From Tannerella sp. (GTDB lineage: Bacteria; Bacteroidota; Bacteroidia; Bacteroidales; Tannerellaceae): DNA of 64,000 nucleotides. Each line of letters begins with the position of its first letter. The stretch's first letter is position 1. The stretch lies in assembly GCA_031277335.1 (NCBI GenBank), contig JAITMM010000184.1, forward strand, positions 2,541 to 66,540. The letters run 5' to 3'. Below are positions 1-10,080 of this stretch, piece by piece. The notes beneath the pieces were generated by a model. That model was not told the DNA's origin and did not search any database. It saw only the letters and a list, made by a program, of their open reading frames with translations. Both the position numbers and the translations under genes were made by a program.

Positions 1-939
1 GCGGATGACGAAATGGTGGTTTTGCGCCGAGCCTTTGTAGGCGCCGTAGTCGTTGCCTGGATTGGTGGGGGCTAACTCAGGCATGGTGTAATCTTTTACG
101 TGACAGTATGATACCTCGTTCATATATTGTCCGCCGATTTTTATGCTGCCGTTTTCGGCCACGACGAGCATGCTGCTTTCGAGGTTGGTGTCCCAGACGG
201 CCGTCGAGTAGTTGAGGCTTCCGGTGCCGCCATTGACAAAGTTGAAATGCACGATGCCCGAATCCTCAAAATCAGTCAGTTGCGCGTGATTGAAATCGGA
301 AAAGCGCGCTTGAATATCGCAGATATCTCCGAAAAGCCAATACATGATATCGATGAAATGGGAGAATTGCGTGAAAAGCGTTCCGCCGTCCAGCGCAGCT
401 TTGCCGTGCCAGCTATCCGGCTGATAATAACGCCCGTCACGATTCCAGTAGCAATTGAGCTGCACCATATAGATTTTTCCCAGCCTGCCGGAATCGATCA
501 TCTCTTTCATCCAGACGGAAGGCGGGGAGTAGCGGTTTTGCATCACGCAGAAGACTTGTTTGCGGTATTGCAAGGAGGCATGGATGATTTTTTCGGCGTC
601 GGCAACGGTGAGCGTCATCGGTTTTTCGATGACGACGTGATGTCCGGAACGGATGGCCTGAAGCGCCATCTCTGCATGTAACCCATTGGGAGTGCAGATA
701 TTAACGACATCAAAAGCAAGTCCGCTCTGCAATAAATCATCTATCGACCGGAAGAAAGGGATTTCTTCGGCGAAGTCTTCGAGCGAGAGCGTTTCTTTGG
801 GCGCCACGTCGCAAAGGGCTGCCAATCGGGCACCTTTCTCCCTGACAATCATGGCTGCATGGCGTTTGCCGATATGACCGCAGCCGACGACGGCGAAGCG
901 GATATCTTCTTTAACGGACTGCTGATCGGAGGGTGTCAT
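1..939 (-). CDS. Gfo/Idh/MocA-family NAD-dependent sugar-nucleotide oxidoreductase (WbpB/GnnA-like); C-terminus cut by the window edge
   Basis: Absent from the ORF track because it runs off the window. My own minus-strand translation from the ATG at 939-937 gives MTPSDQQSVKEDIRFAVVGCGHIGKRHAAMIV... (N-terminal Rossmann GxGxxG) and ...HVVIEKPMTLT... (the family's EKP motif). It stays open to position 1 (313 codons). Plus-strand ORFs 127..681 and 686..877 are antisense shadows of it. Confidence 0.75.
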   Translation of the reverse strand, partial: MTPSDQQSVKEDIRFAVVGCGHIGKRHAAMIVREKGARLAALCDVAPKETLSLEDFAEEIPFFRSIDDLLQSGLAFDVVNICTPNGLHAEMALQAIRSGHHVVIEKPMTLTVADAEKIIHASLQYRKQVFCVMQNRYSPPSVWMKEMIDSGRLGKIYMVQLNCYWNRDGRYYQPDSWHGKAALDGGTLFTQFSHFIDIMYWLFGDICDIQARFSDFNHAQLTDFEDSGIVHFNFVNGGTGSLNYSTAVWDTNLESSMLVVAENGSIKIGGQYMNEVSYCHVKDYTMPELAPTNPGNDYGAYKGSAQNHHFVIR

Positions 940-946
940 ATATACA

Positions 947-2119
947 TTAATTATTATTGGCCTTGAAGAATTGATCGATCCGGCCGACGATCCATTCCAT
1001 CGTAATGTCCGTCATCTCGGAGTGGATGGGCAGGGAGAGCACCTCCTTGCTTAAACGTGAGGCAATTGCGAGGTCGCCTGAAATGCGCGCCACCCATCTG
1101 TAGCCTTCCTGCTCATGTACGGCCATCGGATAATATACGATGGCGGGGATACCGTTTTCTTTCAGATAAAGTTGCAATGCATCGCGTTTTCCGTTTTGCA
1201 CCTGAATGGTGTATTGATGATATACATGGGTGGAAAACAGTGACTTGGCCGGTATTTTTATGGCGCTTACCGGGCTTAGGAACCTGTCGTAATATAAGGC
1301 GACCTTTTGCCTTGCACGCGTAAATTCGTCCATGTAGTTCATCTTAACGTTCAGGATGGCAGCCTGCAACGTATCGAGCCGCGAGTTGCAGCCGATGATT
1401 TTATGATGATATTTCGTTGATTGTCCGTGATTTGCAAGGAGTCGGATTTGTTCGGCTAGGTCGGTGTCGGCTGTCATCACGGCGCCCCCGTCGCCATAGC
1501 AGCCCAGCGGCTTGGTGGGGAAGAACGAGGTGGTGGCGACATGTCCGATGGCACCGGCTTTCTTGACGGTGTCGTCGGAAAAAGTATAGTCGGCGCCAAG
1601 CGATTGGGCGTTGTCCTCGATGATCTTAACTTTGTATTTGGCAGCGAGTTTCATCAGCGGCTCCATGTCGCAGGCTTGGCCGAAGAGATGTACGGCGATG
1701 ATGGCTTTTGTCCGGCGTGTGATGGCGCGTTCGAGCAGGTCGACGTTGATATTGAACGTGTCGGGATCGACGTCTACGAGGACAGGGGTTATCCCAAGCG
1801 AGGCAACCATCTCGGCGGCAGCTATATACGTGAATGCGGGGACGATGACTTCGTCGCCGGGCTGAATGTTGAGCGCCTGCAAGGCCAGCCGGATGGCGTC
1901 AGTGCCGTTGCCGCACGGGATGACGCGGGCAATGTTCAGATAGTCAGCAAGTCGGGTGCAGAATGTCTTGACTTGCGGGCCGTTGATGAAAGACGCGTTG
2001 CTGATGACTTCCTTGACGGCGTCGTCGATTTCTTTTTCTATGAGCTTGTATTGACTTTGAAGGTCAACCATTTGGATGTTATGGGCCACGGAATATTTTT
2101 TTTTAGCCACGAATGGCAC
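947..2119 (-). CDS. DegT/DnrJ/EryC1/StrS-family PLP-dependent sugar aminotransferase (WbpE/GnnB-like)
   Basis: 390-aa ORF with the family lysine context SFFPTKPLGCYGDGG. It lies 7 nt downstream of the oxidoreductase. An alternative start at 2071 (MVDLQSQY...) matches the usual family N-terminus. Confidence 0.9.
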   Translation of the reverse strand: MPFVAKKKYSVAHNIQMVDLQSQYKLIEKEIDDAVKEVISNASFINGPQVKTFCTRLADYLNIARVIPCGNGTDAIRLALQALNIQPGDEVIVPAFTYIAAAEMVASLGITPVLVDVDPDTFNINVDLLERAITRRTKAIIAVHLFGQACDMEPLMKLAAKYKVKIIEDNAQSLGADYTFSDDTVKKAGAIGHVATTSFFPTKPLGCYGDGGAVMTADTDLAEQIRLLANHGQSTKYHHKIIGCNSRLDTLQAAILNVKMNYMDEFTRARQKVALYYDRFLSPVSAIKIPAKSLFSTHVYHQYTIQVQNGKRDALQLYLKENGIPAIVYYPMAVHEQEGYRWVARISGDLAIASRLSKEVLSLPIHSEMTDITMEWIVGRIDQFFKANNN

Positions 2120-2159
2120 GAATGGACACGAATATTATATGTTGAACTTTGACATGACA

Positions 2160-4202
2160 CTATGTGATGGTGCTGCCGGGTTTGACGGAGGTGGCAGGGG
2201 TGATGACAACTAATTTGCCGTCAGCGTCTTCGGCGGAGAGGATCATGCCTTCGGAGATGATGCCTTTCAACGGGCGCGGGGCGAGGTTAGCGATGAAACA
2301 GACTTGTTTGCCTACCAGTTCTTCGGGCGCATAGTGCTGAGCGATGCCGGAGACGATGGTGCGGCCGCCCAGCCCGTCGTCAATTTTGAGTTGCAGCAGT
2401 TTATCGGCTTTCGGCACTTTCGTACATTCCAGCACGATGCCGGACCTGATATCCAATTTTGCAAAGTCGTCGTACGTAACCGTCTCGCGTACAGGCTTTG
2501 CCGTGAAGGTGGAGAGTTCGTTTTCCTTTTTGGTGTCCATCAGTTTTTGTATTTGTTTGTCGACTGCCGCGTCGTCTATTTTTTCGAAAAGCAATGATGC
2601 GGTGCCTAACTGAAGTCCGGTTTCCAGTAAATCGGCTTCACCGAGCCGGCTCCATTCCAAATCGTTGATATTCAGCATTTCATTTAACCTTTTCATGCTG
2701 AAGGGCAGGAACGGGCGGAAGGCAATCGACAGGTTGGCCGTAATCTGCAGGGTAATATTCAATATCGTCTCCACGCGCGCCATATCGGTTTTTGCCAGCT
2801 TCCACGGCTCTGAATCAGCCAGATACTTGTTTCCGATATGCGCCAGGTTCATGGCTTCCTTTTGCGCTTCCCTGAAATGAAACGTGTCAAGTTGTTTCTC
2901 CAGGTTGGTTTTGATGTTGCTGAAGTCGCTGATTGTCTGAATGTCATAGTCGGTTAGCGAGTTGCGGGGAGGCACTTTGTTTGCGCAATAGTTGTTTGTC
3001 AGGACTAAGGCGCGATTGACGAAGTTGCCGAGGATGGCGACTAATTCGTTATTGTTTCGCGTCTGGAAATCCTTCCAGGTGAAGTCATTGTCTTTTGTTT
3101 CGGGCGCGTTGGCCGTCAGCACGTAGCGCAGCACGTCCTGTTTGCCGGGAAAGTCGTCGAGGTATTCGTGGAGCCAGACAGCCCAGTTGCGCGATGTCGA
3201 TATCTTTTCGCCTTCGAGGTTGAGAAATTCGTTGGCGGGGACGTTTTCCGGCAGGTTGTACGTGCCTTCGGCTTTGAGCACCACCGGAAAGACAATGCAG
3301 TGAAAAACAATGTTATCCTTGCCGATAAAATGGAGGATTTTCGTTTCGGGGTCTTTCCACCAGGTCTCCCAACTGTCCGGCAATAACTCTTTTGTGTTGG
3401 AGATATAGCCGATGGGGGCGTCGAACCAGACGTAGAGGACTTTGCCCTCGGCGCCTTCAACCGGCACGGGGATGCCCCAATCGAGGTCGCGACTGACGGC
3501 GCGTGGCTGCAAGCCTGTGTCGAGCCAGCTCTTGCATTGGCCGTAAACGTTTGGTTTCCACTCTGTATGCTCTTCCAATATCCATTGCCGGAGGAAAGAT
3601 TCGTACTTGTCGAGCGGTAGATACCAGTGCGTTGTCTCGCGCATGACGGGGACGCTGCCGCTGATGACGGATCGCGGATTGATCAAGTCATTGGGGCTGA
3701 GCGATGTGCCGCAGGCTTCGCACTGGTCGCCGTAAGCGTTCTCGTTGCGGCAGTGCGGACAGGTGCCCATGATGTAGCGGTCGGCAAGAAACTGTTTGGC
3801 TTCCTCGTCGTAGTATTGTTCGCTCGTCTTTTCGACGAATGAACCGTTGTCATACAGCGTTTTGAATATTTCGGAAGACAGTTGGTAATGCACTTTCGAA
3901 GTGGTGCGCGAATAGATATCAAATGAGATGCCGAAATCCTCAAAGGCCTGCTTGATGATTTTATGAAAGCGGTCTACGATGTCTTGTGGTGTAACCCCCT
4001 CTTTCTTAGCTCTTAACGTGATAGGGACGCCATGTTCGTCCGAGCCGCCGATCAGTAACGCATCTTCGCCTTTGAGCCTGAGATAGCGGGCATAAATATC
4101 TGCCGGCACATATACCCCGGCCAGGTGTCCGATATGTACCGGGCCGTTGGCGTAGGGCAATGCTGTGGTGATTAAAGTTCTTTTAAATTGTTTTGCATCC
4201 AT
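2160..4202 (-). CDS. metG: Methionine--tRNA ligase
   Basis: HIGH motif (PVHIGHLAG), zinc knuckle [23 protein letters not shown]-like KISTS, and a C-terminal tRNA-binding domain. The ORF extends to 4229, but [20 protein letters not shown] at 4202 is the family-typical start. Confidence 0.95.
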   Translation of the reverse strand: MDAKQFKRTLITTALPYANGPVHIGHLAGVYVPADIYARYLRLKGEDALLIGGSDEHGVPITLRAKKEGVTPQDIVDRFHKIIKQAFEDFGISFDIYSRTTSKVHYQLSSEIFKTLYDNGSFVEKTSEQYYDEEAKQFLADRYIMGTCPHCRNENAYGDQCEACGTSLSPNDLINPRSVISGSVPVMRETTHWYLPLDKYESFLRQWILEEHTEWKPNVYGQCKSWLDTGLQPRAVSRDLDWGIPVPVEGAEGKVLYVWFDAPIGYISNTKELLPDSWETWWKDPETKILHFIGKDNIVFHCIVFPVVLKAEGTYNLPENVPANEFLNLEGEKISTSRNWAVWLHEYLDDFPGKQDVLRYVLTANAPETKDNDFTWKDFQTRNNNELVAILGNFVNRALVLTNNYCANKVPPRNSLTDYDIQTISDFSNIKTNLEKQLDTFHFREAQKEAMNLAHIGNKYLADSEPWKLAKTDMARVETILNITLQITANLSIAFRPFLPFSMKRLNEMLNINDLEWSRLGEADLLETGLQLGTASLLFEKIDDAAVDKQIQKLMDTKKENELSTFTAKPVRETVTYDDFAKLDIRSGIVLECTKVPKADKLLQLKIDDGLGGRTIVSGIAQHYAPEELVGKQVCFIANLAPRPLKGIISEGMILSAEDADGKLVVITPATSVKPGSTIT

Positions 4203-4283
4203 TTTATCATCTGCATTTGAACGGTGCAAAAGTATCTATTATCCGCGAATTACGCGCATGATACGTCGAAAAAAACAAACATG

Positions 4284-4805
4284 CTATTCGACGACGAGCA
4301 TTTTGTCGCCAACCGACATCTTGTCGTTTTCCTTGATATACACTTCTTTGACCGTTCCGGCCATGGAGCTGCGGATTTCATTTTCCATCTTCATCGCCAC
4401 CAGGACGCAGAGAGGTGCGCCTGCTTCGACCGTGTCTCCCGGCTTGACGTATACCTTTAATATAACGCCCGGCATTTGCGCCGTGATGACCTGGCGACCG
4501 ATGACGGCCGACTTGGAACGCGCCAAACGCATCTTTCTCAGTTCGTCCACGACGTTGACAAGGAAATAGTCGCCTTTGTTCTTGACTTCGTAATTGGTGC
4601 GGTCGAGCGCAGTGATTTGTACGCCGTGCGAATCGTTATTCATTATGATTGAATGAATTGTATCGCCGCCCACGTTATAATCCACTTCGTACATGGTGCC
4701 GTTGACAGCTACTTTCTTGATAGGCCCGTCTTCGAAAATCTCCACTTTAAATTCCGTGTCGGGCAGGTCGTTTATTGTTGCGTAATATGTTGCTAAAGCT
4801 TTCAT
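4284..4805 (-). CDS. Biotin carboxyl carrier protein (biotinyl domain)
   Basis: C-terminal biotinylation motif CVLVAMKMENEI. The ORF-track start at 4865 overlaps the upstream gene, so the internal MKALATYY start at 4805 is more likely. Confidence 0.85.
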   Translation of the reverse strand: MKALATYYATINDLPDTEFKVEIFEDGPIKKVAVNGTMYEVDYNVGGDTIHSIIMNNDSHGVQITALDRTNYEVKNKGDYFLVNVVDELRKMRLARSKSAVIGRQVITAQMPGVILKVYVKPGDTVEAGAPLCVLVAMKMENEIRSSMAGTVKEVYIKENDKMSVGDKMLVVE

Positions 4806-4819
4806 AAATAAGGGGATAA

Positions 4820-6331
4820 TTAATAATTGTTGGCCGACATTTGCAGTTTGCCGTAATACTTCCACAGCGATTCGCCGACAAGCGGGACGGTCGTGGCGCG
4901 TGCGGCGGCTTCCTTTTCTTCTTCGTAGTGCTTCAGGGCGGCGGCGATGACGGCCACCGTGGGGTCGCTGTTCTGACGGCGCTTGAGTTCTTCGACATCG
5001 AATTTTGTATCGATAAATGTCGTGTCATAATTGCCTGTCAGGAATGTATTGTTCTGCAAGACACGCAGATGGAAAGGGATTGTTGTCTTGATACCCAGTA
5101 TCTTATACTCCCTCAATGCGCGACGCATATTTGAAATGGCCGATTCGCGGTTGCGCCCCCACGAGCACAGTTTGGCGATCATCGGGTCGTAATGCAGGGA
5201 GACTTCAAAGCCGGCGTAGATGCTGCTGTCGAGCCTGACGTTTCGTCCTTCGGGCGCTTCCCGCACGCGGATGATGCCCGGCGAAGGCATGAAATTGTTT
5301 TCAGGGTCTTCGGCATAAATCCGACATTCGATGGCTGCGCCGCGAAACTCGATCTCCTCCTGGTTGTAAGGCAAGCGATTGCCGCCGGCCACCAGAATCA
5401 TGTCGCGCACCAGGTCGACGCCCGTACATTCTTCTGTCACAGGATGTTCCACCTGCAGGCGGGTGTTCATTTCGAGGAAATAGAAGTTCTGGTCCTTATC
5501 GACCATAAATTCCAGCGTCCCGGCGCTGTAATATCCGATTTTCTTGCAGGCCGTCACGGCCACTTCCAGCATCTTTTTGCGCGTCTCCTCTTTCAAAAAG
5601 GGCGAGGGCGATTCTTCGATCACTTTCTGGTTCCGGCGCTGGATCGAACATTCGCGCTCGTAGAGGTGTATGACGTTACCGTATTTATCTCCAAGTACTT
5701 GCACTTCTATATGATGCGGATTCTCGATATATTTTTCGATGTAGATGGCGTCGTTGCCGAATGAATGGGCGGCTTCGGAACTCGACATGCGGAAGGCGGC
5801 GTCCAGCTCCGATTCCTTGCGCACGAGGCGCATCCCCTTCCCGCCGCCTCCGGCTAATGCCTTGAGCATGATGGGATAACCTATCTCTTTGGCTTGTGCG
5901 CGGGCTTCTTCCACGCCGGAGACGGGTTCTTCCGTTCCGGGTACGATCGGCACGCCTGCCTCTTTCATGATCTTGCGGGCTTCGGTTTTTACGCCCATCT
6001 GCGCGATGACGTCGGCGCTCGGCCCGATGAAGATGACTTTTTCCTCTTCACAGCGGCGTGCGAAATCGGCATTTTCCGACAGGAAACCGTAGCCCGGATG
6101 GATGGCAGCGCCTGTTTTTTTGGCAATGTCAAGAATCAATTCCGGCTTGAGATAGGAGATATCGGATTCATCGTCAGAGATGCAGTAGGCTTCTTCGGCA
6201 TAGCGGACGTGCAGCGCGCCGCGGTCGACATGGGTATAAATGGCCACTGTCGGCAGGTTCATCACGCGGCAGGAGCGGAAGATCCGCATGGCTATTTCAC
6301 CGCGATTGGCTACAAGGACTTTTTTTATCAT
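4820..6331 (-). CDS. accC: Biotin carboxylase subunit of an acetyl/propionyl-CoA carboxylase
   Basis: 503 aa. ATP-grasp glycine loop LAGGGGKGMRLV; N-terminal MIKKVLVANRGEIAMRI is typical of the family. Confidence 0.95.
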   Translation of the reverse strand: MIKKVLVANRGEIAMRIFRSCRVMNLPTVAIYTHVDRGALHVRYAEEAYCISDDESDISYLKPELILDIAKKTGAAIHPGYGFLSENADFARRCEEEKVIFIGPSADVIAQMGVKTEARKIMKEAGVPIVPGTEEPVSGVEEARAQAKEIGYPIMLKALAGGGGKGMRLVRKESELDAAFRMSSSEAAHSFGNDAIYIEKYIENPHHIEVQVLGDKYGNVIHLYERECSIQRRNQKVIEESPSPFLKEETRKKMLEVAVTACKKIGYYSAGTLEFMVDKDQNFYFLEMNTRLQVEHPVTEECTGVDLVRDMILVAGGNRLPYNQEEIEFRGAAIECRIYAEDPENNFMPSPGIIRVREAPEGRNVRLDSSIYAGFEVSLHYDPMIAKLCSWGRNRESAISNMRRALREYKILGIKTTIPFHLRVLQNNTFLTGNYDTTFIDTKFDVEELKRRQNSDPTVAVIAAALKHYEEEKEAAARATTVPLVGESLWKYYGKLQMSANNY

Positions 6332-6378
6332 AATTTTATATATTAACGGACAGATTTCAGCTGTGCATAATCTGAAAA

Positions 6379-7923
6379 CTATAAAGGCAAATTGGAATGT
6401 TTTTTGGGAGGATTGGACTGGCGTTTGTTGGCAAGCAGTTCGAAGCTGCGGATCAGACGGGAGCGGGTGACGGACGGTTCGATGATTTCATCGACATATC
6501 CCAGTTCGGCAGCCCGGTAGGGGTTGGCAAATTTCTCGCGGTAGTCGTCCAGCAGTTCCTTGCGTTTGGCTTCGGTGTCATTGGCTTCGGCTATCTCTTT
6601 GCGAAACAGGATGTTGACGGCGCCGTCGGCTCCCATCACGGCAATTTCGGCTGTCGGATAGGCGTAGTTGAGGTCGCCGCGGATATGCTTTGAACTCATC
6701 ACGTCGTAGGCGCCGCCGTAGGCTTTCCGCGTGATCACCGTCACTTTCGGCACGGTGGCTTCGCAGTAGGCATACAACAGCTTGGCACCGTGGCGAATAA
6801 TGCCGTCGTATTCCTGATTGACGCCGGGCAGAAATCCCGGAACGTCCACAAAAGTGAGGAGCGGGATATTGAAGGCATCGCAGAACCGGACGAATCGCGC
6901 CGCCTTGACGGATGCGTTGATATCGAGCGTGCCGGCCAGTGCAGCAGGCTGATTTGCAACGACTCCGATGCTTTTCCCGTTGAGACGGATATAGCCGATG
7001 ACGATATTTTTGGCATAGTCTTCCTGTACCTCCATGAAGTTTTCATCGTCGGCTACGGAAGTGATAAGTTCCTTTATATCATAAGGTTGATTCGGATTTG
7101 TCGGAACAAGTGCATCGAGTGCCGGATCAATCCTGTTGGGGCTATCGGTGGTCGGCACGAAAGGCGGTTCGGCCATGTTATTATTTGGTAGGAACGACAT
7201 CAGTTCCCTGATTTTCAGGATACAGTCTATATCGTTGTCGGCCGAAAAGTGAGCCACGCCGGAACGACCCGTATGGATGTCCGAGCCGCCCAACTCGTTT
7301 TTTGTCACATCTTCCTGTGTGACGCTTTTGACGACGTCAGGCCCGGTGATAAACATATAGCTGCTTTCCTTGACCATCATGATAAAATCCGTCAGCGCAG
7401 GCGAATAGACGGCACCTCCGGCACACGGCCCCATGATGGCGCTGATTTGAGGTATCACGCCTGATGCCATCGAGTTGCGTAGGAAAATATCGGCATATCC
7501 TGCCAACGAACGGACGCCTTCCTGAATGCGTGCACCGCCGGAATCATTCAGACCGATGACGGGCGCGCCGACTTCCATCGCCAAATCCATGATTTTACAT
7601 ATTTTTTTGGCATAAGTTTCAGACAAGGCGCCTCCGAAAACAGTGAAGTCCTGAGCGAAAACAAACACCGTGCGATTGCCGAGCAAGCCGTAGCCGGTGA
7701 CGACGCCATCGCCCAGCGGACGTTGGTTTTCCATCCCGAAATCAGTACATTTATGGGTGACGAATTTATCTATTTCGACGAATGTGCCTTTCTCCAAAAG
7801 AAGGTCAATTCTCTCTCTTGCAGTCAGTTTGCCTGCCTTGTGCTGTTTGGCTATACGGTCGGCTCCTCCGCCTAATTCGGCTTGCCGGTTCAGGTTATTC
7901 AGTTGTTCAATTTTTCCTTTCAT
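6379..7923 (-). CDS. Acyl-CoA carboxyltransferase (propionyl-CoA carboxylase beta / methylmalonyl-CoA decarboxylase alpha family)
   Basis: Carboxyl-transferase sequence throughout ([22 protein letters not shown]..., [11 protein letters not shown]). The likely start is MKGKIEQL at 7923 (514 aa) rather than the ORF-track start at 8049. Confidence 0.9.
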   Translation of the reverse strand: MKGKIEQLNNLNRQAELGGGADRIAKQHKAGKLTARERIDLLLEKGTFVEIDKFVTHKCTDFGMENQRPLGDGVVTGYGLLGNRTVFVFAQDFTVFGGALSETYAKKICKIMDLAMEVGAPVIGLNDSGGARIQEGVRSLAGYADIFLRNSMASGVIPQISAIMGPCAGGAVYSPALTDFIMMVKESSYMFITGPDVVKSVTQEDVTKNELGGSDIHTGRSGVAHFSADNDIDCILKIRELMSFLPNNNMAEPPFVPTTDSPNRIDPALDALVPTNPNQPYDIKELITSVADDENFMEVQEDYAKNIVIGYIRLNGKSIGVVANQPAALAGTLDINASVKAARFVRFCDAFNIPLLTFVDVPGFLPGVNQEYDGIIRHGAKLLYAYCEATVPKVTVITRKAYGGAYDVMSSKHIRGDLNYAYPTAEIAVMGADGAVNILFRKEIAEANDTEAKRKELLDDYREKFANPYRAAELGYVDEIIEPSVTRSRLIRSFELLANKRQSNPPKKHSNLPL

Positions 7924-8033
7924 ACATTGAAATCCATTAAATAAAGAGACAAAAGTAGGCATTTTTTCTTTCTCACAAACATGAGTTACATTTTTTTTTA
8001 ACATTCTGTACTTGAACGTTGCGTTGATTTTGC

Positions 8034-8041
8034 TACCTTTG
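8034..8041 (+). promoter_or_regulatory. Candidate Bacteroidota -7 promoter box, TACCTTTG
   Basis: Exact match to TAnnTTTG, 32 nt upstream of the ATG at 8073. Confidence 0.4.
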
Positions 8042-8072
8042 CATGGCATAACAGCAAAAAATCAGTAGAGCG

Positions 8073-9920
8073 ATGAGAGATTTTATCCGTGTCCTGCAAC
8101 GATTCGTGCCGCCGTATAAGAAATATTTGGCGTGGAATATCATATTCAATATCCTGTCGGCCGTCCTGAATCTTTTTTCCTTTGCGCTGATTATTCCCAT
8201 CCTGAATATCCTGTTTAACATTTCGGAAAATACGTACGTATGGATGGCGTGGGAGTGGGATTTTTTTTCGTGGGAGGCCTGGAAAAATGTGCCTTCCTTT
8301 GCGGAGAACAACTTTTTTGCCTATATCTCCGGACTGATCGCTACGAAGGGTGGCGCCTTTACCTTGATCATTCTTGGCATCTTCCTGATAGTCATGACTT
8401 TCTTCAAGGTGGCCACCATGTACCTGGCTTTTTACACGATGATACCGATACGTACCGGCGTGGTGCGCGACATCAGGAATCAGATCAACCGGAAAATCAC
8501 CCGTTTATCTCTCGGTTTTTTCTCCGAAGAACGCAAGGGCGATATCATTGCGCGCGTTTCGGGCGATGTGAATGAGATAGAGTCGTCTATCATGAGTTCG
8601 CTGGATATGCTGTTCAAAAATCCGATCCTGATTTCGATTTATCTGATCGGGATGATTATTATCAGCTGGCAACTGACGCTGTTCGTTTTTATCCTGTTGC
8701 CGGTTGCGGGATATGTGATGGGAAAGGTTGGTAAATCCCTCAAGCGCAAATCGTTGGTCGGTCAGGAGCAATGGGGGCAGTTGATGAGCCAGATAGAAGA
8801 AACGCTGGGAGGGCTGCGCATCATCCATGCCTTCAACGCAGAGAAAAAGATACAGCAGCGGTTTGAGAAGAGTAACGAGAAGTTTCGGCGCATCACCAAC
8901 CGCATCTATAGTCGCCAGCAGATGGCACATCCGATGAGCGAATTTTTGGGGACGGTCACCATCGCCATCATCCTCTGGTACGGGGGCAGCCTGATCCTGG
9001 GAGACAGCAGTTCGATCAGCGCATCGACCTTTATCTATTATCTTGTAATCTTTTACAGCATCATCAACCCGGCCAAAGACCTGAGCAAAGCATCGTATGC
9101 CATCCGGAAAGGACTTGCTTCCATCACACGCATAGACAAGATCCTGATGGCGGAAGAGGAGATACACGACCCCGCCAATCCGGTGCCCGTTGTCTTGACG
9201 GATGGCATTCATTATGACGATGTATGGTTCAGATACAAAGAGGATTGGGTGCTGAAAGGGATCAATCTGACCATTGCGAAAGGAAAGACAATAGCCCTTG
9301 TCGGGCAGTCGGGTTCGGGCAAGAGCACGCTGGTGGACTTGCTGCCCCGCTTTTATGATGTGACACAGGGTGTTATCCGAATAGATGACACCGATATCCG
9401 TTCGGCTTCATTGCAAGAGCTGCGCGGGCTAATGGGCAATGTCAACCAGGAAGCCATCCTATTTAACGATACGTTTTTCAACAACATAGCTTTCGGCAAG
9501 GATAACGCCACGCTGCAGGAAGTGCAGGAAGCGGCGCGCATCGCCAATGCGCACGATTTTATCATGGCCACAGCCGACGGCTACGACACGAATATCGGCG
9601 ACCGCGGCGGCAAACTGTCGGGCGGACAGCGCCAGCGCATCAGCATCGCCCGCGCCATCCTCAAAAACCCGCCCATCCTGATCTTCGACGAGGCCACCTC
9701 GGCACTCGATACGGAATCGGAGCGGCAAGTGCAGGAAGCGCTTGAGCGGCTGATGCGCAGCAGGACGACGATTGTGGTGGCGCACCGCCTGTCGACTATA
9801 CGTAAAGCCGACGAAATCTGCGTGTTGCACGAAGGCAAGATCGTCGAGCGCGGATGCCACGACGAATTGATTGCATTAGACGGGTACTACAAAAAATTGT
9901 GTGATATGCAGCAGTTTTGA
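8073..9920 (+). CDS. ABC exporter, fused permease/ATPase (MsbA-like lipid/multidrug exporter)
   Basis: 615 aa. N-terminal six-helix transmembrane domain, Walker A GQSGSGKST, signature LSGGQRQRISIARA, Walker B ILIFDEATSALD. Confidence 0.9.
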   Translation: MRDFIRVLQRFVPPYKKYLAWNIIFNILSAVLNLFSFALIIPILNILFNISENTYVWMAWEWDFFSWEAWKNVPSFAENNFFAYISGLIATKGGAFTLIILGIFLIVMTFFKVATMYLAFYTMIPIRTGVVRDIRNQINRKITRLSLGFFSEERKGDIIARVSGDVNEIESSIMSSLDMLFKNPILISIYLIGMIIISWQLTLFVFILLPVAGYVMGKVGKSLKRKSLVGQEQWGQLMSQIEETLGGLRIIHAFNAEKKIQQRFEKSNEKFRRITNRIYSRQQMAHPMSEFLGTVTIAIILWYGGSLILGDSSSISASTFIYYLVIFYSIINPAKDLSKASYAIRKGLASITRIDKILMAEEEIHDPANPVPVVLTDGIHYDDVWFRYKEDWVLKGINLTIAKGKTIALVGQSGSGKSTLVDLLPRFYDVTQGVIRIDDTDIRSASLQELRGLMGNVNQEAILFNDTFFNNIAFGKDNATLQEVQEAARIANAHDFIMATADGYDTNIGDRGGKLSGGQRQRISIARAILKNPPILIFDEATSALDTESERQVQEALERLMRSRTTIVVAHRLSTIRKADEICVLHEGKIVERGCHDELIALDGYYKKLCDMQQF

Positions 9921-10080
9921 GGGGAGCGATAAAGGCTGCACAGCAGGTCATTGTTAGTTTTTTTTCAGATTTTTTAAAAAAACTTCATAATTTGTTGTAG
10001 AATTGAAAAAAAACACTACTTTTGACACGTTAAGACTTTTAAGAAGGAAGATAAATTGATAATCTAAAAATAAATATCAC

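Noticed and set aside
127-877. Plus-strand ORFs 127..681 and 686..877.
   Set aside because: They are antisense to the edge-truncated Gfo/Idh/MocA gene, whose minus-strand translation shows a Rossmann motif and the EKP motif. The plus-strand products have no recognisable features.
4806-4865. The N-terminal extension of the BCCP ORF as given in the ORF track.
   Set aside because: The extension overlaps the 3' end of accC by 46 nt. The internal MKALATYY start 15 nt after the accC stop gives a normal gene arrangement.
8505-9212. A 235-aa minus-strand ORF. Similar long antisense ORFs occur at 1541..2152, 5192..5764, 10225..10866, 25708..26346, 38178..38873, 54264..54848 and 58482..59120.
   Set aside because: Each lies wholly within, and antisense to, a gene with strong motif support. 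The sequences are low-complexity and Arg/His/Gly-rich.
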